A DNA stretch of 64,000 nucleotides from Asterias rubens (Eukaryota). The notes under the pieces are model-generated. The model was not told where the DNA came from. It worked only from the letters and a program-made list of their open reading frames with translations, and searched no databases. Position numbers and translations under genes: made by a program. Shown piece by piece: positions 56,384 to 64,000 of this stretch (position 1 is the stretch's first letter; each line of letters starts with the position of its first letter). The stretch spans positions 15,167,776 through 15,231,775 of the forward strand of contig NC_047072.1 in NCBI RefSeq assembly GCF_902459465.1, written 5' to 3'.

Positions 56384-56490
56384 CCATCTACAAAGTCAGG
56401 TTCCGTTAATTAAGGCCCTTGGTAGCTTTGTTGGTGAATGGTGACTTAGCTTGGGATCCCCTTAAGCCTGTTGTCTGGGGTTGATATCTT

Positions 56491-56880
56491 TTAAAGGCAG
56501 GGTTGGTCAATATTGGTAATTACTCAAAATAATTGTTGTCATAAAACCTTTCTTGATTACGAGTAATGGGGAGAGGTTGATAGTATAAAACTTTGTGAGA
56601 AAAAGCTCCCTTTGAAGTGACGTAGTTTTCGAGAAAGAAGTAACTTTCCACGAATTTGATTTCCGGACCTCAGACTTAGCATTTGAGGTCTCAAAATCAA
56701 GCATCTGAAAGCACACAACTTCGTATGACAATGGTATTTTTTCTTTCATAGTTACCTCGCAACTCCGACAACCAATCGAGATCAAATTTTCACAGGTTTG
56801 TTATTTTATGCACATGTTGAGATACACCAAGTGAGAACACTGGTCTTTGACAATTACCAATAGTGTCCAGAGTCTTTAAA
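56491..56880. mobile_element. MITE family A copy (inverse orientation, diverged TIRs), TTAA-flanked
   Basis: ttaaaggcagggttggtcaatattggtaattactc ... caattaccaatagtgtccagagtctttaaa. Confidence 0.7.
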
Positions 56881-59800
56881 GCTGTGTACAACTAATAGTC
56901 TAATAGATTTGCATTCACCGGCATAGTTAATGAAAATGTGCATGCAATGCATGCTGAAAGGCTATGGATATTGGCTGCAGTCCTGCACAGCATGTACACA
57001 TGTGCACTTTTCCATTGTTTTTTAATTTTATCAAAGATAGCGGTCAATGTCACCATAACAATCCAGCTCGTTTTGTATTGCTAAGAAAAGTTTCATGTCA
57101 CAACACACATCACTATGCCGATACCGATATTGACAATTCAGCAAAAGATTAACCCGAGTGCCTTGTGAACTCGAGCCCAGGTCTTTGTTTCCACTCGGTG
57201 AAGGAGTTCATATATCCACAAAATACAACAGAGAACATTTTCCCTCTCAAGGAATGTTTCAGTTGTCTTCAGTCAAAATCGATTACCCAACTTTTAAACG
57301 CAGTTTTCATCAGTGCATGGTTTTATGGCAAGTTTACAAGAGGATGGGAATAAATCTACCCCAAAAACCAATAACATTGTATCCATCACAAGTTCTCCAA
57401 TAGATTTGATTCAAAAAGTAAACATTCACACATTTGTGAAAAATTAGTGTGACAAATAAATAAAGTTTAATTGGAGTTGATATAAATGTTTCAGTATCTT
57501 TCAATTAAATGGGTGTCAAAAGATTGCAGTTTCTAAATCATAAAGAATCACACCACATTTCACTCCAAGTTTCTTTGAGAGTTGAGATTCAATTAATTTT
57601 ATTTTCAAAATTAATACAAAAAATTACTTTCAACTTCAAACTAGTTGGTTGGTCTTTATAAAAATACTAATCCTACAACTGTTCATAGCTGGCTTTATAC
57701 TTATAGACTGTAAGTCATGCGCAGATTGGAACATATGGACCTGTAAAAGTATGCGAGTTTGTTTCCTTCGTGCCTTAAAGCAATGAACGTGCCACCCAAT
57801 GGTCCCACAAATGTTTGAAAACAACCTAGTAGCCTGTCTTTAACAAGAAAATACATTCAGCCTATATGTATGCACGAGGTTGATTGAATTCTCAAAACCC
57901 TGCATGCCTTTAAGAGCATTGTAGACAGTCCAGTATTGCTCACTAAAACTAAGTGGACACTTGAATAACAGTATTAGGAGCCTCTTTATAATTTGCTCCT
58001 TACAAACTAATGACAACTGAGCGAATATAGGTTCTAAGCGCCCAAATAAACATGTGTAAAATTTAACACCCCATGGTTCAACTGTATACAGTATATGTGC
58101 TAAGATTGACAATTTAAATGTACATACAACTTACACAGTATCAAGATGGTCATGTAGGAAACTTCCCATTTACAGGCCTGAAATTTCATCTTTGTGTGAA
58201 TTTCATCTTTTTGAGGGCAAGGCCATTTTTTAAAGGGCACTTCCTTTGGAAAATCTGAAAGTCTCTGGAAAACTTTTGAAGGAGCACCAAGACCAAAAGA
58301 GGCAAGCAATGGTCTCCGTGTCATTCCAGGCGTGCATGCTATTTTATGCATGAAATGTTTTGTGGTTTTTGAGAAATGAGTAAACAAAGTTTTGATCCTG
58401 CAAGTCTGAATCCTGATGTTTGAAAACCATGATGGAGTTAATACTATTGTAACGTGACTTCGATCTTGAAATTTCACATTTTATGTTCAGTCACACAAAG
58501 TGCAGAAATTGGTCTTTGACCCTTAAATATGTTGGCGAGCCTGTGTATTATATCCATCCAAATTGACACCCTGAACTTTGTTATAAGATCAATCAAGTAA
58601 TGAGACTAAATCTATCTTATAAATGTTTTTACAATGTGATGAAACTGAATAATAAATGCAAACATTTGCAGCATATTTTGATAATTATACTTGCTTTAAT
58701 GGTTAAAAATTCATCATGAAAATTTTGAAATAATTTTGTGAAGATATTTATCGGAAACTTTCACATCTCAAAAAATAAAAGAAAGATAATACAAAAATTA
58801 AATCTAATCAAATCATGACTTAGAGATTGATTCAAACTGCAATTATATAAAAATTAACAAAATATGTATACATGAACCAAGAATTTTCAACAGAAAAAAA
58901 CCCATAATTATTTGTATCAATCCAAACAAAACTTTCAAGTGATTGATTTTACAAAATATACATTTAAATCAAAATAATAATAAAAAAGGAAAGATTTTCC
59001 AATCACAAAATTGCCACTTAACTACACATAATCATCAGATGACAGCCATTTTAAAATGGTTGTCTAATTAGGGTCAAGTATAAAACAACACTTCTGATTA
59101 AGTAGCTTGCAAATTATACAAAGACCATTATTAAGTTGTATTTGCTATAAAACTTATATAAAGCAACCGATTACTTTCAGAGATCACATGATTATTGTAA
59201 GAAATATCTGTATTTATAGACACTGACAAAATCAAAATGTGATATAAAAATAACAACAGTATAGTATTGGTAAGAAATGAGGTTAATATTTATGATCCTT
59301 ACTTAGTTTGTTTGGAAAACAGCTATTATTAATGTCAATGTGAATGACATCTGTTTATTTTGAATCTCTGACTTACAGTAAGTTGTAAAGTTTTTGCTTA
59401 TAACCCTTACAAGCACTGAATACCCAGTGCTTTCAAGGGGTCCATTCCTTGGCAAAACCCCTCAAATCAACATTTTGAGAAAAACAAGTACAAAGATGAG
59501 CTGTTTTGCCATAAACACAGGAAGAACCTGTAAAAGCTGAGATAGGACATTTATATTTAAAGGAACATAACAGAATTGGTTTTGCTAACAAAATATGTGG
59601 TGGCAGTGTAAGCACTCTATGTAATCCACCATTACATGAACTGCCAAATGTGTAGAAGTTTGAGATCGATCGGCCATCTGGGTCACGAGAAAATAGTGAA
59701 AACCGATTACACATTTTGCATGACATCGATGGAAGAAAAAAAGGAATAAAACGCTCACTGAGCGATAAACTCAGTTGGGATTCAAACCAGCAACCCTCAC

Positions 59801-59884
59801 TTTATAGAGAAGATGCCTGACCTACAGTGAGTAGACAACATACAGTTCTTATCACAGTTAACACACACAATATAGTAGTCTTAA

Positions 59885-60025
59885 GGCCGAGTTATAGTCG
59901 GTCGGGCGATGGAAATCTTGACGTGCGATCAAAAAAAGACACAGTTTTTAGGCCTCAGCGATGACTATAAACTGTGTTTTTTAGGATCGCGCGTCAAGAT
60001 TTCCATCCCGCGACCGACTATAAAC
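59885..60025. repeat. Palindromic hairpin (foldback) of about 140 bp
   Basis: ccgagttatagtcggtcgggcgatggaaatcttgacgtgcgatc...gatcgcgcgtcaagatttccatcccgcgaccgactataaaccgacc. The arms are reverse complements around a centre of about 30 bp. The overlapping plus ORF 59974-60348 is probably spurious. Confidence 0.6.
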
Positions 60026-61746
60026 CGACCTTTACATTCCCAATGCAATTACTATTAAATGATTTACGCCTGGATTTCAAACATAATCAGTTGTCATTGA
60101 AGATTGCTTTTTCATTTTCCACAAGTTTGTCCAATCAAAGAGATGAATATCATAAAAACCCTGATGTGACCCTTGACGATGTGGTCTTCCCAATACAAGA
60201 ACTAATTTACAATACATCGTTCCTGGAATACATTACTGAGGTCCGACTGTTTGATCAGAGTGTTTTTACTTGGCAATGTTTGAATACAATGTGCATAAAG
60301 GAATTTAGTTTGATACAGAATACATGTTGCAACTTACATAGAAATTAACTCAAAGGATTGCTTGTCTAGATACAAAATTATTGTACTCAAATAGTTATTT
60401 TTGTATATCATGCAATAGACTAGTCAATCCAGCTTCAAAGTTCAGTTCAGTTCAGTTCAGTACAACATTTATTTCCAATTCCTCAATCAATAGGCCTATA
60501 AATACAATGTTAGCAAAGTGATACACAAAATGCAGGAAACTGAATATCAAAATGAGTTGTATGAGATGGAATGTTGATTAGAGATAATTAAGTTCCACAA
60601 ATTAAAGACAATAAACTAATTCAACAAAATGAATCTCCAGATTAATATGGAATGTTCCTGGATAAACCAACCAACTTAAACCCTTCAAAATCCAATTGCA
60701 TGTTTTGTTTGATTCCATTGGACTGAGGATTGCACTACTGGTAATCTGATTGAATGCTTTCCTCATCAATGTCTAGTGTTAGATTATGTGATGAAGAGTG
60801 GTGCAGGATTCTACCAGTAGAAAATAATTCATGGGAGCCATGGTTGATGCAATTTAAGTACAATGATCTATGTACATGTAGAAGGTTTAATGCATAATCT
60901 AATTTATAGACAGTGATTATTACAAAACCTAAGTTAGTGCAGCTGCTGAAGTCACATCATACTTAGAACACTACTATAAAAAAAATGTCTCTACAACTAC
61001 TGCCTAAAAAGTGAAAATTTCAAATATTGAAATATATTACTTTTCATGAATCTCATGATTTGCTTAAATTGGAATCGGGATGATAAATTTTTTATTATTA
61101 TTAAAAGTTGTTTATGAAAATGTATGATATTTAATTCCTTCAATTTCTTACTTCGGATAAATCTCTCTGTTAAAAAAATACTTGTATGTTATACAATATA
61201 TAAAAGCCTTCACTTATTCATCATAAACTTAAAATGCATCCAAAATATTTACATTTTGTTTTGGTTTGATGTAATTTTGAAAATATGTCTTCACCAAAAT
61301 TGGGCTGGAATACTTTTGTTTAAATGGTCCTGGAAAATAATTGGAAAGTCTCATAAGTATAAAAAGAGTATCTGGTTTTTGGTCTATCATGGAGAGTTGT
61401 GTATCTGGGTAACAAAAACAGTAGGAGCTTACGCACCCGGTTTCATAAAGCTGCTTAAGCACACAAACTTGCTAAAGTTTACATCGTTACACGTGAAGCC
61501 CCACTAATATTTTGCTTAGCAAAGAAACTTGCTAAGGCATGTTTTCTGCTTTTAAACAGCTGTATGAAATTTGGCCCAGGTGTCAAAAACTAACGTCTTA
61601 TAAAAACTTGAGTACTTCAATGATTTTGTAAAAAGTCTAATTTGTTATATGACAGAAGACCAATTCTAGTTTCCATATAAAGACATAGATGGGATGTCAT
61701 GAATATCTACATTTACATGTGATATAAACACCATGCAACAGTAAAC

Positions 61747-61990
61747 TAACCCTTGATATTGACCTTTACTCCCCAACTTCCTCTTGAACTTTACTCCCCA
61801 ACTTCCTCATGACCTTTACTCCCCAACTTCCTCTTGAACTTTACTTACAACTTTCCCTGACCTTTACTCCCCAACTTTCTCATGACCTTTACTCCCAAAC
61901 TTCCTCTTGACCTTTACTCTCCATCTTTCTCCTGACCTTTACTCTCTCTATCTTTCTCCTGACCTTTACTTTTGACCTTTACTCCCCAAC
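61747..61990. repeat. Minisatellite, about 25-30-bp units (gacctttactccccaacttcctc.t) x about 9
   Basis: Direct tandem copies immediately downstream (gene sense) of the stop codon of the unknown minus-strand gene. Confidence 0.8.
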
Positions 61991-62161
61991 TTCCTCTTCT
62001 GCCTCTCCTTCTTGCCAGTCTACTTCCTGTTTCTTGATGAGAGCTTCCAGCATTCCTTCAATACGATCGTTCTGAACTCTTAGCATCTTCAGTCGATATT
62101 TCACATTCTTCACAGTGTCTGTCAGATCATCTTGCTGCATTTTAATTTCCTCAAGCTTTGT
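61979..62161 (-). CDS. Terminal coding exon of an unidentified minus-strand gene: TKLEEIKMQQDDLTDTVKNVKYRLKMLRVQNDRIEGMLEALIKKQEVDWQEGEAEEEVGE*
   Basis: Acceptor cttgctaatttgttgtAG (complement of 62162-62163). Open frame to the TAA (complement of 61979-61981). Heptad-like coiled-coil composition. Confidence 0.5.
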   Translation of the reverse strand, partial: TKLEEIKMQQDDLTDTVKNVKYRLKMLRVQNDRIEGMLEALIKKQEVDWQEGEAEEEVGE

Positions 62162-62573
62162 CTACAACAAATTAGCAAGAAAACAATTTGATATCCACAT
62201 CTTCTTTTCCCTGATTCTCAAACATCACTCCCTATGTATTGCTTATTTTGATGGATGGGGTGCTGCAGTGAATAACAGGCAGATGCTTGGAATTACACAA
62301 GTCTATCTGGTTTGATGTTTTGATGGGTTCTTTGGTTATTGAAGGCTCTTTGACCATATGGGTTAAATCGTGTAGATCACAAGGACATCAATTTCAGGTA
62401 TGCATCTTCCATGAAGATAGTCAGCAAGATGGCGAGTAACAACAGGTCTACATCCACTGGTATATAGTTTGAAATACAGTTTTTCAGTTAACACAAAGCA
62501 GTATTCTCTCCAAGTAGTAAGGCAACCCAGATTCTTAAACACCTACCTGAGCGGAATGTTTTCAACGGAAATA

Positions 62574-62603
62574 ATAATAATAATAATAATAATAGTGGCC
62601 TCT
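62574..62603. repeat. (AAT)n microsatellite
   Basis: aataataataataataataataat. Confidence 0.9.
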
Positions 62604-63422
62604 TATAAAGCGCTCAGGTCCGTCAGGCATGACGCTCATGGCGCCGTACAAGCAAAAATTTACACAAATACAAAACAGAATAAAGTACAATAAATATCTA
62701 TACAACAATTAATGACACTGTTACAAGACTAACTAAGTTAGAAATGCTGGGGTGGATTTCACAAAGAGCTGGGACTAGTCCTATCTCGAGTTAGGACGAG
62801 ATACTAGTCCTAACTCGGGACTATCCATGCAATTTGTATAAATGGTATTGTAACTTATTTATAATGCACTTGTTCACCATTTTAATGTCATTTTGATATG
62901 TGTACATTTCTGAATTTTTCGTAATTATCGATTAAAAAATCAGGCCCCAACCTAAAGGTTTTGAAAAAACTAAAAACACTTCTGCCGTTGAGAGCGCGCG
63001 TCGAAGGACAATGCCGCTGACTTCATTTGTGGGAGTTTGCTTTGTTATACCTCCATGCTGCAACAAAGCGGCTTTTCAAATTGGAGCTCCCAACTATGAC
63101 GTTTTGAGAGTGATTACGTAACGGGGCTTTTCGCAAATCTCTCAGAAAAAGCGCTGGATAAGGGCATTCGAAATGATTGTTTTTTTACACAATTGAAATC
63201 TATTTATAATCATATGACTCAATTTACTTATTCATTGAAAACATTTGAAGTGAAATTCAGCAACATTCACGACTTGACATTTCCGTTCAAGCAGGTCTTT
63301 AACTTTACTGGAATGCAACAGTTAGGATATAAACATACATCCCAAGTAAACAATCATGTTTAACAGCTATCAATACAGGAGTTTCCCTTGGTAATTGATT
63401 ACAGCGATGAGTGTTATCTTAC

Positions 63423-63608
63423 CATGGGTGGATTGAGTGCAGTGTTTATAGCATCACCAATAAGTTCTTCCCGTCCAGAATACCATCTATAGAACTTTGC
63501 CCAAATACTTCTGCTTTGTTGGTTTGGATAAACAGTCAGTTTCTTCATGATTGAACGTCTCCACATAAACCTCGGTAAGGCTTCCTGTACCTCCATGGCT
63601 AGGTTCAC
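63423..63608 (-). CDS. Internal exon of the same unidentified minus-strand gene: VNLAMEVQEALPRFMWRRSIMKKLTVYPNQQSRSIWAKFYRWYSGREELIGDAINTALNPPM
   Basis: Acceptor tgtgtgttggatAG, donor GTAAGA. 62 codons in phase 0. The 'SIWAKFYRW...ALNPPM' segment resembles the TRP box plus proline stretch (IWKFQRY...PPPF) that follows S6 in TRPM-type channels. The assignment is tentative. Confidence 0.4.
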
Positions 63609-64000
63609 CTATCCAACACACAAAATAAAGCTGATTTATAAACATGTTGAACATTCCAAAAGTAAGCATAACACTTGTTTAAAGGAAAAGTGAATCATGT
63701 TAAAGGATTGTGTCCACCATGACAGCAAATCAGTTCAAAATATTACATTGGTCAGTTTTGCAGACATAAGTCTCATTTTCGTGACCTGTTGTTACAAAGG
63801 TGTTCTAGCTCACTGGACTCAATTTATTGTGGCAAAGTAATCAGGGCATGGGATGATGATCCTTATGCATGTGTCATAGAGCAACTTGGAGCAACACACT
63901 TCTAGTATTACTTCTCTTCCCTCGGGGGTGGCATCATTAAGGGTAGTAGGTGTTACTGTGGCATAGGCCGCATCAACTCAAGGGAGCTTGGATGGGTTAA

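Noticed and set aside
57800-58480. Minus-strand ORFs of 90-125 aa
   Set aside because: There is no homology, splice structure or compositional coding signal. The region is AT-rich intergenic DNA.
59974-60348. 124-aa plus ORF (MFFRIARQDFHPATDYKPTF…)
   Set aside because: It starts inside a palindromic foldback and has no recognisable domain or splice context. It is probably a spurious ORF in AT-rich DNA.
1-64000. Prokaryotic-style defence or operon system suggested by the task framing
   Set aside because: The window is unambiguously eukaryotic, with spliceosomal introns, metazoan gene families, MITEs and SINEs. No bacterial or phage gene architecture is present.

Overview
This window is eukaryotic (metazoan) nuclear DNA, not prokaryotic. 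The coding sequence is split into many short exons with GT-AG introns of 0.1–2.7 kb. Overall GC is roughly 35–40 %. The introns and intergenic DNA are packed with minisatellites, satellites, MITE/foldback elements and tRNA-derived SINE fragments.

Five loci can be read from sequence and homology:
- **REV3L-like gene**, minus strand, 1–8973. It is the N-terminal part of a DNA polymerase zeta catalytic subunit. There are 15 coding exons in the window, ending in a giant more than 2 kb exon that runs off the left edge. A tRNA-like sequence sits in one intron.
- **PARP4 (vault PARP) ortholog**, plus strand, 17514–46195. It lies 8.5 kb away, head-to-head with REV3L. It has 34 coding exons whose splice phases are all mutually consistent. 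They encode BRCT, PARP helical and catalytic, VIT and vWA domains, a 1.56 kb low-complexity exon, and an MVP-binding-like C-terminus.
- **C-type lectin**, plus strand, 49745–50251. Single exon, secreted, with the EPN/WND motifs. A decayed tandem CTLD copy follows it.
- **BDH1 (mitochondrial 3-hydroxybutyrate dehydrogenase, SDR family) ortholog**, plus strand, 52611–53865. Three exons.
- **The 3' end of an unidentified minus-strand gene** at 61979–63608. It has a coiled-coil C-terminus and a TRP-box-like motif.

No CRISPR array, operon or prokaryotic defence system is present.

The most unusual content is inside PARP4:
- The giant exon encodes about 17 tandem repeats of '(V)GFGEAK(A/S)(G/L)(L/S)FGGPPPPPPAPRA'. 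These are GLFG/SxFG motifs alternating with polyproline tracts. I do not recall such repeats in the vertebrate protein.
- Its last about 55 codons plus the stop are tandemly quadruplicated as 166-bp units.
- Exon 26 is embedded in a 64-bp satellite.
- The acceptor of exon 13 is built from a 40-bp minisatellite.
- An 84-bp duplication has copied the acceptor of exon 27.

Exon coordinates were derived by hand from splice motifs and frame continuity. They should be checked against RNA-seq or protein alignment.
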